Assembly (NCBI GenBank): GCA_026770705.1
Contig: JANJGN010000023.1
Location: forward strand, 10,044,001 to 10,108,000
Direction: 5' to 3'
Source: Isurus oxyrinchus
Taxonomy: Eukaryota
Length of the DNA stretch: 64,000 nt
How positions within the stretch are numbered: position 1 is the first letter of the stretch; each line of letters begins with the position of its first letter. The notes beneath the pieces were generated by a model. The model did no database searches, was not told the origin of the DNA, and was given only the letters and a program-made list of their open reading frames with translations. Shown in pieces: positions 22,796 to 37,200 of this stretch. The position numbers and the translations under genes were made by a program.

Positions 22796-25369
22796 TGTTC
22801 ACATGAGTCAGGAAGCTTCAGGGAAACTCCCTCACACTGTCTGCTTCTAAATGTCATCAGAGATTACTGATGAACTAGCAACCTTGTACAGAACTGCTTG
22901 CTTCACATCCTGCCTCTTTCACTGCTTCGTGCCAAACTGCATTTCAGAATGAAGCCACATCCTCTTGTATTCCGGAGGGATGTTTATTCTGTTGTGATTT
23001 CTTGGTCTGACTAAATAAATTCAAAACTTTAGACAGCGCCATGGAGACCAAACGCACCCAAGCAAAATACACCGGATGCTGGAAATCTGAATAAAAGCCG
23101 TAAAAGAAGGAAATTCGCAGCATCTATGAAGACAAAAACATGGATTCATTCAAGTCAACGAACTTTCATTCTGTTTATCGGCGGAGTATCCGCCCCGAGC
23201 CGCCGAACAATGCTGCAATGTTCCGTGAGGATATGAGTCAGTGACATTCAGCAGTTCCTCACACACCAACAAATTTAATCTGACGAGCGACTTCATCTTC
23301 CACTGAGCTGGCGCCCCTCCTTGTGTTTGTGGTGAGAGCTGGAACTGCAGCTGTAGAGCAGAGCGGGATCAGCAATGCTGCCGGATCTGAGCGGAAACCT
23401 GCCCTGGTTTGTAAACCTCTTGTGGACCATTGTGAGAAAGAAGGGAGATGGAAAGGCGGTTTCCTCTAATCCAGCTCTTGTGATCGATGGAGGCAGAAAT
23501 AGCAGCGTTAACATTAACATTCAGCAAGTTATCATTAAAATCCCTACAATGAAATATGTTTTGATAATCCAAATTATAACCATAAAGTCATCAAAATCTG
23601 CTGATCAACCGGCAAACTCGTACAGAAGCGCCTGCTTCACAGCCTGACTCTTTTACTGACTAGTGCCAAGCTGCGTTTCAGAATGAAGCCACATCCTCTT
23701 GTATCCCGGCTGGCTGATTATTCTGTTGTATTTTATGGGTCAGTTTCCTGGGTGTCAGTTCTCTGTACTTCTGGGTGGTGATTTCCAGCCCTGCAACATG
23801 ACTCAACTTAGCTACAGCAGCGGTTCCAGCTCCCAGCACGAACACAACCACAGAAGCAGCGCAGGAGAAGTGGGAGACTCTCCTTTAATCCATTTGATAT
23901 TTTTCTGTGTGAGGAGCGGCTGAGTGTCGCTGACTCATATCCTCACTGAACATTGCAGCATTACTCGGCAGCTCGGCGCTGCTGAATTTACAGACCCGGC
24001 CACGAACCGAGCCCAGAGAGAGTGAAATATGTTTTGTGTGTTTCAGGCAATGACTCCTGGCCAGTCAGCAGCAGAGAGGCGGAGGTCGGTTCAGTGGGAA
24101 AAACGCTGCTTGGAGTTCATACCGAAACTTTGGTAGAGGCAAATTCCTCGTTTTATTTAACCTCAGTACTGAACTCCTCCTCAGAGCTGTTTCTGTTCAT
24201 GCGGGGCGATTTTCATTTTGAAAACGACTGGTTCAATCGCATCAAATCTTCATCTCGTCACCTTTTAAGCGGTGGCAGCGGCTGGAGAAAAAAAAAGACA
24301 CAAATTTCACTCATTGCCTGTTCCTCTGAGACCCCCGTCTTCACCGAAACTGAGAAATGTATTTTTTAGTCGTCTGTCGGGAAAATGTTTTGTTCAAATC
24401 AAAAAGGACACCATAATTTCTAAATTTTAGACATTGCCATGGAGACCAGACGCGCCCAAGAAAAATACACCGGATGCTGGAAATCAGCAATAAAAGCAGA
24501 AAATACTCAGCATCTATGAAAACTAAAAATTGGAATCTATCAGGTCAATGATCTTTTATTCTGTTTATCGGCGGAATATCTGCCCCGAGCCGCCGAACAA
24601 TGCTGCAATGTTCAGTGTGGATATGAGTCAGTGACATTCAGCAGTTCCTCACACACCAACATATTTCATCTGAGGAGAGACTTCATTCTCCACTGAGCTG
24701 GCGCCCCTGCTTGTGCTTGTGGTGAGAGCTGGAACTGCAGCTGTAGAGCAGAGCGGGATCAGGAATGCTGCCGGATCCAAGCGGATACCTGTCCTGGTTT
24801 GTAAACCTCTTGTGGACCATTGTGAGAAAGAAGGGAGATGGAAACGCGGACTCCTCCAGTCCAGCTCTTGTGATCGGTGGAGGCAGAAATAGCAGCGTTA
24901 ACATTCAGAATGTTATCATTAAAATTCCTACAATTAAATATGTTTTGATAATCCAAATTATAACCATAAATGTCATCAAAATCTGCTGATCAACCCGCAA
25001 ACTCATACAGAACTGCCTGCTTCACATCCTGCCTCTTTCACTGACTCGTGCCAAGCTGCATTTCAGAATGAAGCCACATCCTCTTGTATCCCGGCTGGCT
25101 GATTATTCTGTTGTATTTTATGGGTCAGTTTCCTGGGTGTCAGTTCTCTGTACTTCTGGGTGGTGATTTCCAGCCCTGCAACATGACTCAACGTCGCTAC
25201 AGCAGCGGTTCCAGGTCCCAGCACGAACACAACCACAGCAGCAGCACAGGAGATGTGGGAGACTGTCCTTTAATCCATTTGATATGTTTCTGTGTGAGGA
25301 GCTGCTGAGTGTCGCTGACTCATATCCTCACTGAACATTGCAGCATTACTCGGCGGCTCGGCGCTGCTG

Positions 25370-25555
25370 TTTATGAACGAGGAAGAAGTTATTTTTCAAC
25401 CAGAATGTTAAACATGTTGCCAATATGATTTGTTTACATGACCAAAAGCTGCCAATTACTGGCATGTTCCCATTTTAAACTCCTTGGGTCACAATGCTCT
25501 TTGCTCAGTTCTTTGTGTCACAAATGTGTCTGTCCTTTTCATGGGAACAAATTTT
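25370..25555. other. 186-bp non-satellite insert in A* monomer (copy 1)
   Basis: tttatgaacgagg...gggaacaaatttt replaces the 13 bp aatttacagcccc of normal A monomers. No target-site duplication. Confidence 0.95.
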
Positions 25556-28299
25556 GGCCACGAACCGAGCCCAGAGAGAGTGAAAAATATTTTGTGTGTT
25601 TCAGGCAATGACTCCTGTCCAGTCAGCAGCAGAGAGGCGGAGGTCGGTTCAGTGGGAAAAACGCTGCTTGGAGTTCTAACCGAAACTTTGGTTGAGGCAA
25701 ATTCCTCTTTTATTTAACCTCAGTACTGAGCTCCTCCTCGGAGCTGTTTATGTTCATGCGGGGCGATTTTCATTTTGAAATCGGCTGGCTCAGCCGCATC
25801 AAATATTCATCTCGTCATCTTTTAAGCGGTGGCAGCGGCTGGAGAAAAAAAAAGACACAAATGTCACTCATTGCCTGTTCCTCTGAGACCCCCGTCTTCA
25901 CCGAAACTGAGAAATGTACTTTTTAGACGTCTGTCGGGAAAATGTTTTGTTCAAATCAAAAAGGACACCATAATTTCTTAATTTTAGACATTGCCATGGA
26001 GACCAGACGCGCCCAAGAAAAATACACCGGATACTGGAAATGTGAAATAAAAGCAGAAAATACTCAGCATCTATGAAAACTAAAAATTGGAATCTATCAA
26101 GTCAATGATCGTTTATTGTGTTTCTCGGCGCAATATCTGCCTCGAAATGCCGAACAATGCTGCAATGTTCAGTGTGGATATGAGTCAGTGACATTCAGCA
26201 GTTCCTCACAACCCAACATATTTAATCTGAGGAGAGACTTCATCCTCCACTGATCAGGCGCCCCTGCTTGTGCTTGTGGTGAGAGCTGGAACTGCAGCTG
26301 TCGAGCAGAGCGGGATCCAAGCGGATACCTGTCCTGGTTTGTAAACCTCTCGTGGACCTTTGTGAGAAAGAAGGGAGATGGAAAGGCGGTTTCCTCTAAT
26401 CCAGCTCTTGTGATCGGTGGAGGCAGAAATAGCAGCGTTAACATTAACATTCAGCAAGTTATCATTAAAATCCCTACAATGAAATATGTTTTGATAATCC
26501 AAATTATAACCATAAAGTCATCAAAATCTGCTGATCAACCGGCAAACTCGTACAGAAGCGCCTGCTTCACAGCCTGACTCTTTTACTGACTAGTGCCAAG
26601 CTGCATTTCAGAATGAAGCCACATCCTCTTGCATCTCGGCTGGCTGATTATTCTGTTGTATTTTATGGGTCAGTTTCCTGGGTGTCAGTTCTCTGTACTT
26701 CTGGGTGGTGATTTCCAGCCCTGCAACATGACTCAACTTAGCTACAGCAGCGGTTCCAGCTCCCAGCACGAACACAACCACAGAAGCAGCACAGGAGAAG
26801 TGGGAGACTCTCCTTTAATCCATTTGATATGTTTCTGTGTGAGGAGCTGCTGAGTGTCGCTGACTCATATCCTCACTGAACATTGCAGCATTACTCGGCG
26901 GCTCGGCGCTGCTGAATTTACAGCCCCGGCCACGAACCGAGCCCAGAGAGAGTGAAATATGTTTTGTGTGTTTCAGGCAATGACTCCTGGCCAGACAGCA
27001 GCAGAGAGGCGGAGGTCGGTTCAATGGGAAAAACGCTGCTTGGAGTTCATACCGAAACTTTAGTAGAGGCAAATTCCTCGTTTTATTTAACCTCAGTACT
27101 GAGCTCCTCCTCGGAGCTGTTTCTGTTCATGCGGGGCGATTTTCATTTTGAAAACGACTGGCTCAATCGCATCAAATCTTCATCTCGTCACCTTTTAAGC
27201 GGTGGCAGCGGCTGGAGAAAAAAAACGACACAAATTTCACTCATTGCCTGTTCCTCTGAGACCTCCGTCTTCACCGAAACTGAGAAATGTATTTTTTAGA
27301 CGTCTGTCGGGAAAATGTTTTGTTCAAATCAAAAAGGACACCATAATTTCTAAATTTTAGACATTGCCATGGAGACCAGACGCGCCCAAGAAAAATACAC
27401 CGGATGCTGGAAATCAGCAATAAAAGCAGAAAATACGCAGCATCTATGAAAACTAAAAATTAGAATCTATCAGGTCAATGATCTTTTATTCTGTTTATCG
27501 GCGGAATATCTGCCCCGAGCCGCCGAACAATGCTGCAATGTTCAGTGTGGATATGAGTCAGTGACATTCAGCATTTCCTCACACACCGACATATTTAAAC
27601 TGAGGAGAGACTTCATCCTCCACTGAGCTGGCGACGCTGCTTGTGTTTGTGGTGAGAGCTGGAACTGCAGCTGTAGAGCAGAGCGGGATCAGCAATGCTG
27701 CCGGATCCAAGCGGATACCTGTCCTGGTTTGTAAACCTCTTGTGGACCATTGTGAGAAAGAAGGGAGATGGAAACGCGGACTCCTCCAGTCCAGCTCTTG
27801 TGATCGGTGGAGGCAGAAATAGCAGCGTTAACATTCAGAATGTTATCATTAAAATTCCTACAATTAAATATGTTTTGATAATCCAAATTATAACCATAAA
27901 TGTCATCAAAATCTGCTGATCAACCCGCAAACTCATACAGAACTGCCTGCTTCACATCCTGCCTCTTTCACTGACTCGTGCCAAGCTGCATTTCAGAATG
28001 AAGCCACATCCTCTTGTATCCCGGCTGGCTGATTATTCTGTTGTATTTTATGGGTCAGTTTCCTGGGTGTCAGTTCTCTGTACTTCTGGGTGGTGATTTC
28101 CAGCCCTGCAACATGACTCAACGTCGCTACAGCAGCGGTTCCAGGTCCCAGCACGAACACAACCACAGCAGCAGCACAGGAGATGTGGGAGACTGTCCTT
28201 TAATCCATTTGATATGTTTCTGTGTGAGGAGCTGCTGAGTGTCGCTGACTCATATCCTCACTGAACATTGCAGCATTACTCGGCGGCTCGGCGCTGCTG

Positions 28300-28485
28300 T
28301 TTATGAACGAGGAAGAAGTTATTTTTCAACCAGAATGTTAAACATGTTGCCAATATGATTTGTTTACATGACCAAAAGCTGCCAATTACTGGCATGTTCC
28401 CATTTTAAACTCCTTGGGTCACAATGCTCTTTGCTCAGTTCTTTGTGTCACAAATGTGTCTGTCCTTTTCATGGGAACAAATTTT
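28300..28485. other. 186-bp insert (copy 2)
   Basis: Same sequence, +2930 bp. Confidence 0.95.
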
Positions 28486-31280
28486 GGCCACGAACCGAGC
28501 CCAGAGAGAGTGAAAAATATTTTGTGTGTTTCAGGCAATGACTCCTGTCCAGTCAGCAGCAGAGAGGCGGAGGTCGGTTCAGTGGGAAAAACGCTGCTTG
28601 GAGTTCTAACCGAAACTTTGGTTGAGGCAAATTCCTCTTTTATTTAACCTCAGTACTGAGCTCCTCCTCGGAGCTGTTTATGTTCATGCGGGGCGATTTT
28701 CATTTTGAAATCGGCTGGCTCAGCCGCATCAAATATTCATCTCGTCATCTTTTAAGCGGTGGCAGCGGCTGGAGAAAAAAAAAGACACAAATGACACTCA
28801 TTGCCTGTTCCTCTGAGACCCCCGTCTTCACCGAAACTGAGAAATGTACTTTTTAGACGTCTGTCGGGAAAATGTTTTGTTCAAATCAAAAAGGACACCA
28901 TAATTTCTTAATTTTAGACATTGCCATGGAGACCAGACGCGCCCAAGAAAAATACACCGGATACTGGAAATGTGAAATAAAAGCAGAAAATACTCAGCAT
29001 CTATGAAAACTAAAAATTGGAATCTATCAAGTCAATGATCGTTTATTGTGTTTCTCGGCGCAATATCTGCCTCGAAATGCCGAACAATGCTGCAATGTTC
29101 AGTGTGGATATGAGTCAGTGACATTCAGCAGTTCCTCACAACCCAACATATTTAATCTGAGGAGAGACTTCATCCTCCACTGATCAGGCGCCCCTGCTTG
29201 TGCTTGTGGTGAGAGCTGGAACTGCAGCTGTCGAGCAGAGCGGGATCCAAGCGGATACCTGTCCTGGTTTGTAAACCTCTCGTGGACCTTTGTGAGAAAG
29301 AAGGGAGATGGAAAGGCGGTTTCCTCTAATCCAGCTCTTGTGATCGGTGGAGGCAGAAATAGCAGCGTTAACATTAACATTCAGCAAGTTATCATTAAAA
29401 TCCCTACAATGAAATATGTTTTGATAATCCAAATTATAACCATAAAGTCATCAAAATCTGCTGATCAACCGGCAAACTCGTACAGAAGCGCCTGCTTCAC
29501 AGCCTGACTCTTTTACTGACTAGTGCCAAGCTGCATTTCAGAATGAAGCCACATCCTCTTGCATCTCGGCTGGCTGATTATTCTGTTGTATTTTATGGGT
29601 CAGTTTCCTGGGTGTCAGTTCTCTGTACTTCTGGGTGGTGATTTCCAGCCCTGCAACATGACTCAACTTAGCTACAGCAGCGGTTCCAGCTCCCAGCACG
29701 AACACAACCACAGAAGCAGCGCAGGAGAAGTGGGAGACTCTCCTTTAATCCATTTGATATTTTTCTGTGTGAGGAGCTGCTGAGTGTCGCTGACTCATAT
29801 CCTCACTGAACATTGCAGCATTACTCGGCGGCTCGGCGCTGCTGAATTTACAGCCCCGGCCACGAACCGAGCCCAGAGAGAGTGAAATATGTTTTGTGTG
29901 TTTCAGGCAATGACTCCTGGCCAGACAGCAGCAGAGAGGCGGAGGTCGGTTCACTGGGAAAAACGCTGCTTGGAGTTCATACCGAAACTTTAGTAGAGGC
30001 AAATTCCTCGTTTTATTTAACCTCAGTACTGAGCTCCTCCTCGGAGCTGTTTCTGTTCATGCGGGGCGATTTTCATTTTGAAAACGACTGGTTCAATCGC
30101 ATCAAATCTTCATCTCGTCACCATTTAAGCGGTGGCAGCGGCTGGAGAAAAAAAACGACACAAATTTCACTCATTGCCTGTTCCTCTGAGACCTCCGTCT
30201 TCACCGAAACTGAGAAATGTATTTTTTAGACGTCTGTCGGGAAAATGTTTTGTTCAAATCAAAAAGGACACCATAATTTCTAAATTTTAGACATTGCCAT
30301 GGAGACCAGACGCGCCCAAGAAAAATACACCGGATGCTGGAAATCAGCAATAAAAGCAGAAAATACGCAGCATCTATGAAAACTAAAAATTAGAATCTAT
30401 CAGGTCAATGATCTTTTATTCTGTTTATCGGCGGAATATCTGCCCCGAGCCGCCGAACAATGCTGCAATGTTCAGTGTGGATATGAGTCAGTGACATTCA
30501 GCATTTCCTCACACACCGACATATTTAAACTGAGGAGAGACTTCATCCTCCACTGAGCTGGCGACGCTGCTTGTGTTTGTGGTGAGAGCTGGAACTGCAG
30601 CTGTAGAGCAGAGCGGGATCAGCAATGCTGCCGGATCTAAGCGGATACCTGTCCTGGTTTGTTAACCTCTTGTGGACCATTGGGAGAAAGAAGGGAGATG
30701 GAAAGGCGGTTTCCTCCAGTCCAGCTCTTGTGATCGATGGAGGCAGAAATAGCAGCGTTAACATTAACATTCAGAATGTTATCATTAATATCGATACAAT
30801 TAAATAATGTGGTTAATATCCCAAATTATTACCAGATTCCAGGGTGATTGTTTGTGCAGTCGGCGGATATGATCAATCGTTTTATTTCAATTCACCGTTT
30901 TACAAATGCCGAGAAGTTCAAAAGTGCAAAACGAAACATTGCGGGAAGCTTCAATGTTAAAATGTTATAATTTGATCACATTGTTCAACATGGAATATAA
31001 TGTAATCTTTTTGTGCTTTGAAGAAAAAAAAAACGATTGTGAGCCACCCCAAATGCACATTAGAGTTTCTCTTTTGCTTTCTTCACCTTTAATATGTTGC
31101 TGTATGAGGAGCTGCCGTGAGACACGGGCTAATATCCACAGTGAACATTGCAGCATTGCTGGGCGCTGCTGAACTTACACCCGTGACCATGAACCGAGCG
31201 CCGACAGAGAGTTCTGTGTATTTCAGGCAATGACTCCTGGCTGCCGGATGTAAGTAGCGCCGAGCAGCCGAGCGATGCTG

Positions 31281-31442
31281 TCATGGAACTCTATTCCTAA
31301 CAGCACAGGGGCTCTACCTCACCACGCGGATTGCAGTGGTTCAAGAATGCTGCTCACCAGCACCTTCTGAAAGGCAACTAGGGATGGGCAATAAATGCCG
31401 GCCCAACCCGCGTAGCCCAAATCCGATAGACGAATAAAAAAA
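31281..31442 (+). mobile_element. LINE 3' fragment in B monomer
   Basis: Same 162-bp segment. Confidence 0.75.
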
Positions 31443-34059
31443 TGTTCACATGAGTCAGGAAGCTTCAGGGAAACTCCCTCACACTGTCTGCTTCTAAATG
31501 TCATCAGAGATTACTGATGAAATAGCAACCTTGTACAGAACTGCTTGCTTCACATCCTGCCTCTTTCACTGCTTCGTGCCAAACTGCATTTCAGAATGAA
31601 GCCACATCCTCTTGTATTCCGGAGGGATGTTTATTCTGTTGTGATTTCTTGGTCTGACTAAATAAGTTCAAAACTTTAGACAGCGCCATGGAGACCAAAC
31701 GCACCCAAGCAAAATACACCGGATGCTGGAAATCTGAATAAAAGCCGTAAAAGAAGGAAATTCGCAGCATCTATGAAGACAAAAACATGGATTCATTCAA
31801 GTCAACGAACTTTCATTCTGTTTATCGGCGGAGTATCCGCCCCGAGCCGCCGAACAATGCTGCAATGTTCCGTGAGCATATGAGTCAGTGACATTCAGCA
31901 GTTCCTCACACACCAACATATTTAATCTGAGGGGAGACTTCATCCTCCACTGAGCTGGCGCCCCTGCTTGTGCTTGTGGTGAGAGCTGGAACTGCAGCTG
32001 TAGAGCAGAGCGGGATCAGGAATGCTGCCGGATCCTAGCGGAAACCTGTCCTGGTTTGTAAACCTCTTGTGGACCTTTGTGAGAAAGAAGGGAGATGGAA
32101 AGGCGGTTTCCTCCAGTCCAGCTCCTGTGATCGATGGAGGCAGAAATAGCAGCGTTCACATTCAGAATGTTTGGATTAAAATTCCTACAATGAAATATGT
32201 TTTGATATTCCAAATTATAACCATAAATGTCATCAAAATCTGCTGATCAACCCGCAAACTCATACAGAACTGCCTGCTTCACAGCCTGCCTCTTTCACTG
32301 ACTCGTGCCAAGCTGCATTTCAGAATGACGCCACATCCTCTTATATCCCGGCTAGCTGATTATTCTGTTGTATTTTATGGGTCAGTTTCCTGGGTGTCAG
32401 TTCTCTGTACATCTGGGTGGTGATTTCCAGCCCTGCAACATGACTCAACTTCGCTACAGCAGCGGTTCCAGCTCCCAGCACGAACACAACCACAGCAGCA
32501 GCACAGGAGAAGTGGGAGACTCGCCTTTAATCCATTTGATATGTTTCTGTGTGAGGAGCTGCTGAGTGTCGCTGACTCATATCCTCACTGAACATTTGCA
32601 GCATTACTCGGCAGCTCGGCGCTGCTGAATTTACAGCCCCGGCCACGAACCGAGCCCAGAGGGAGTGAAATATGTTTTGTGTGTTTCAGGCAATGACTCC
32701 TGGCCAGTCAGCAGCAGAGAGGCGGAAGTGGGTTCAGTGGGCAAAACGCTGCTTGGAGTTCTTACCGAAACTTTGGTTGAGGCAAATTCCTCGTTTTATT
32801 TAACCTCAGTACTGAACTCTTCCTCAGAGCTGTTTCTGTTCATGCGGGGCGATTTTCATTTTGAAATCGGCTGGTTCAATCGCATCAAATCTTCATCTCG
32901 TCACCTTTTAAGCGGTGGCAGCGGCTGGAGAAAAAAAAAGACACAAATATCACTCATTGCCTGTTCCTCTGAGACCCCCGTCTTCACCGAAAGTGAGAAA
33001 TGTATTTTTTAGACGTCCGTCGGGAAAATGTGTTGACCAAATCAAAAAGGACACCATAATTTCTAAATTTTAGACATTGCCATGGAGACCAGACGCACCC
33101 AAGAAAAATACACCGGATGTTGGAAATCTGAAATAAAACAGAAAATACGCAGCATCTATGAAAACTAAGTGTTAGAATCTATCAGGTCAATGATCTTTTA
33201 TTCTGTTTTCGGCGCAATATCGGCCCCGAGCCGCCGAACAATGCTGCAATGTTCAGTGTGGATATGAGTCAGTGACATTCAGCATTTCCTCACACACCGA
33301 CATACTTAAACTGAGGAGAGACTTCATCCTCTACTGAGCTGGCGACGCTGCTTGTGTTTGTGGTGAGAGCTGGAACTGCAGCTGTAGAGCAGAGCGGGAT
33401 CAGCAATGCTGCCGGATCTAAGCGGATACCTGTCCTGGTTTGTAAACCTCTTGTGGACCATTGTGAGAAAGAAGGGAGATGGAAAGGCGGTTTCCTCCCG
33501 TCCAGCTCTTGTGATCGATGGAGGCAGAAATAGCAGCGTTAACATTAACATTCAGACTGTTATCATTAATATAGACACAATTAAATAATGTGGTCAATAT
33601 CCCAAATTATAACCAGATTCCAGGGTGATTGTTTGTGCAGTCGGCGGATATGGTCAATCGTTTTATTTCAATTCACCGTTTTACAAATGCCGAGAAGTTC
33701 AAAAGTGCAAAACGAAACATTGCGGGAAGCTTCAATATTAAAATGTTTTAATTTGATCACATTGTTCAACATGGAATATAATGTAATCTTTTTGTGCTTT
33801 GAAGAAAAATAAACGATTGTGAACCACCCCAAATGCACATTAGAGTTTCTCTTTTGCTTTCCTCAGCTTTAATATGTTGCTGTATGAGGAGCTGCCGTGG
33901 GACACAGGCTAATATCCACAGTGAACATTGCAGCATTGCTGGGCGCTGCTGAACTCACACCCGTGACCATGAACCGAGCGCCACAGAGAGTTCTGTGTGT
34001 TTCAGGCAATGACTCCTGGCTGCCGGATGTAAGTAGCGCCGAGCAGCCGAGCGATGCTG

Positions 34060-34221
34060 TCATGGAACTCTATTCCTAACAGCACAGGGGCTCTACCTCA
34101 CCACGCGGATTGCAGTGGTTCAAGAATGCTGCTCACCAGCATCTTCTGAAAGGCAACTAGGGATGGGCAATAAATGCCGGCCCAACCCGCGTAGCCCAAA
34201 TCCGATAGACGAATAAAAAAA
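34060..34221 (+). mobile_element. LINE 3' fragment in B monomer
   Basis: Same 162-bp segment. Confidence 0.75.
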
Positions 34222-37200
34222 TGTTCACAGAAGTCAGGAAGCTTCAGGGAAACTCCCTCACACTGTCTGCTTCTAAATGTCATCAGAGATTACTGATGAA
34301 CCCGCAACCTTGTACAGAACTGCTTGCTTCACATCCTGCCTCTTTCACTGCTTCGTGTCAAACTGCATTTCAGAATGAAGCCACATCCTCTTGTATTCCG
34401 GAGGGATGTTTATTCTGTTGTGATTTCTTGGTCTGACTAAATAAGTTCAAAACTTTAGACAGCGCCATGGAGACCAAACGCACCCAAGCAAAATACACCG
34501 GATGCTGGAAATCTGAATAAAAGCCGTAAAAGAAGGAAATTCGCAGCATCTATGAAGACAAAAACATGGATTCATTCAAGTCAACGAACTTTCATTCTGT
34601 TTATCGGCGGAGTATCCGCCCCGAGCCGCCGAACAACGCAGCAATGTTCCGTGAGGATATGAGTCACTGACATTCGGCAGTTCCTCACACACCAACGTAC
34701 TAAATCTGACGAGCGACTTCATCCTCCACTGAGCTGGCGCCCCTCCTTGTGTTTGTGGTGAGAGCAGGAACTGCAGCTGTAGAGTAGAGCGGGATCAGCA
34801 ATGCTGCCGGATCTGAGCGGAAACCTGCCCTGGTTTGTAAACCTCTTGTGGACCACTGTGAGAAAGAAGGGAGATGGAAAGGCGGTTTCCTCTAATCCAA
34901 CTCTTGTGATCGGTGGAGGCAGAAATAGCAGCGTTAACATTAACATTCAGCAAGTTATCATTAAAATCCCTACAATGAAATATGTTTTGATAACCCAAAT
35001 TATAACCATAAAATCATCAAAATCTGCTGATCAACCGGCAAACTCGTACAGAAGCGCCTGCTTCACAGCCTGACTCTTTCACTGACTCGTACCAAGCTGC
35101 ATTTCAGAATGAAGCCACATCCTCTTGTATCCCGGCTGGCTGATTATTCTGTTGTATTTTATGGGTCAGTTTCCTGGGTGTCAGTTCTCTGTACTTCTGG
35201 GTGGTGATTTCCAGCCCTGCAACATGACTCAACTTAGTTACAGCAGCGGTTCCAGCTCCCAGCACGAACACAACCACAGAAGCAGCACAGGAGAAGTGGG
35301 AGACTCTCCTTTAATCCATTTGATATGCTTCTGTGTGAGGAGCTGCTGAGTGTCGCTGACTCATATCCTCACTGAACATTGCAGCATTACTCGGCAGCTC
35401 GGCGCTGCTGAATTTACAGCCCCGGCCACGAACCGAGCCCAGAGAGAGTGAAATATGTTTTGTGTGTTTCAGGCAATGACTCCTGGCCAGTCAGCAGCAG
35501 AGAGGCGGAGGTCGGTTCAGTGGGAAAAACGCTGCTTGGAGTTCTTACCGAAGCTTTGGTTGAGGAAAATTCCTCGTTTTATTTAACCTCAGTACTGAAC
35601 TCCTCTTCTGAGCTGTTTCTGTTCATGCGGGGCGATTTTCATTTTGAAATCGGCTGGTTCAATCGCATCAAATCTTCATCTCGTCATCTTTTAAGCGGTG
35701 GCAGCGGCTGGAGAAAAAAAAAGACACAAATTTCACTCATTGCCTGTTCCTCTGAGACCCCCGTCTTCACCGAAACTGAGAAATGTATTTTTTAGACGTC
35801 CGTCGGGAAAATGTGTTGTCCAAATCAAAAAGGACACCATAATTTCTAAATTTTAGACATTGCCATGGCGACGAGACGATCCCAAGAAAAATACACCGGA
35901 TGTTGGAAATCTGAAATAAAACAGAAAATACGCAGCATCTATCAAAACTAAATGTTAGAATCTATCAGGTCAATGATCTTTTATTCTGTTCATCGGCGCA
36001 ATATCGGCCCCGAGACGCCGAACAATGCTGCAATGTTCAGCGTGGATATGAGTCAGTGACATTCAGCATTTCCTCACACACCGACATATTTAAACTGAGG
36101 AGAGACTTCATCCTCCACTGAGCTGGCGCCCCTCCTTGTGTTTGTGGTGAGAGCTGGAACTGCAGCTGTAGAGCAGAGCGGGATCAGCAATGCTGCCGGA
36201 TCTAAGCGGATACCTGTCCTGGTTTGTAAACCTCTTGTGGACCATTGTGAGAAAGAAGGGAGATGGAAAGGCGGTTTCCTCCAGTCCAGCTCTTGTGATC
36301 GGTGGAGGCAGAAATAGCAGCGTTAACATTCAGAATGTTATCATTAAAATTCCTACAATTAAATATGTTTTGATAATCCAAATTATAACCGTAAAGTCAT
36401 CAAAATCTGCTGATCAACCCGCAAACTCGAACAGAAGCGCCTGCTTCACAGCCTGACTCTTTCACTGACTCGTGCCAAGCTGCATTTCAGAATGACGCCA
36501 CATCCTCTTGTATCCCGGCTAACTGATTATTCTGTTGTATTTTATGGGTCAGTTTCCTGGGTGTCAGTTCTCTGTACTTCTGGGTGGTGATTTCCAGCCC
36601 TGCAACATGACTCAACTTCGCTACAGCAGCGGTTCCAGCTCCCAGCACGAACACAACCACAGAAGCAGCGCAGGAGAAGTGGGAGACTCTCCTTTAATCC
36701 ATTTGATATGTTTCTGTGTGAGGAGCTGCTGAGTGTCGCTGACTCATATCCTCACTGTACATTGCAGCATTACTCGGCAGCTCGGCGCTGCTGAATTTAC
36801 AGACGCGGACACGAACCGAGCCCAGAGAGAGTGAAATATGTTTTGTGTGTTTCAGGCAATGACTCCTGGCCAGTCAGCAGCAGAGAGGCGGAGGTGGGTT
36901 CAGTGGGAAAAACGCTGCTTGGAGTTCTTACCGAAACTTTAGTAGAGGCAAATTCCTCGTTTTATTTAACCTCAGTACTGAACTCCTCCTCAGAGCTGTT
37001 TCTGTGCATGCGGCGCGATTTTCATTTTGAAATCGGCTGGTTCAATCGCATCAAATCTTCAACTGGTCACCTTTTAAGCGGTGGCAGCGGCTGGAGAAAA
37101 AAAAGACACAAATTTCACTCATTACCTGTTCCTCTGAGACCCCCGTCTTCACCGAAACTGAGAAATGTATTTTTTAGACGTCCGTCGGGAAAATGCGTTG

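Larger units (their letters stand above)
24764..30637 (+). repeat. Nested tandem duplication of A*-A dimer (period 2,930 bp)
   Basis: Offsets 25084/28014, 26169/29099 and 26952/29882 all equal 2930. Both copies share the insert and a 17-bp deletion. Confidence 0.95.
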
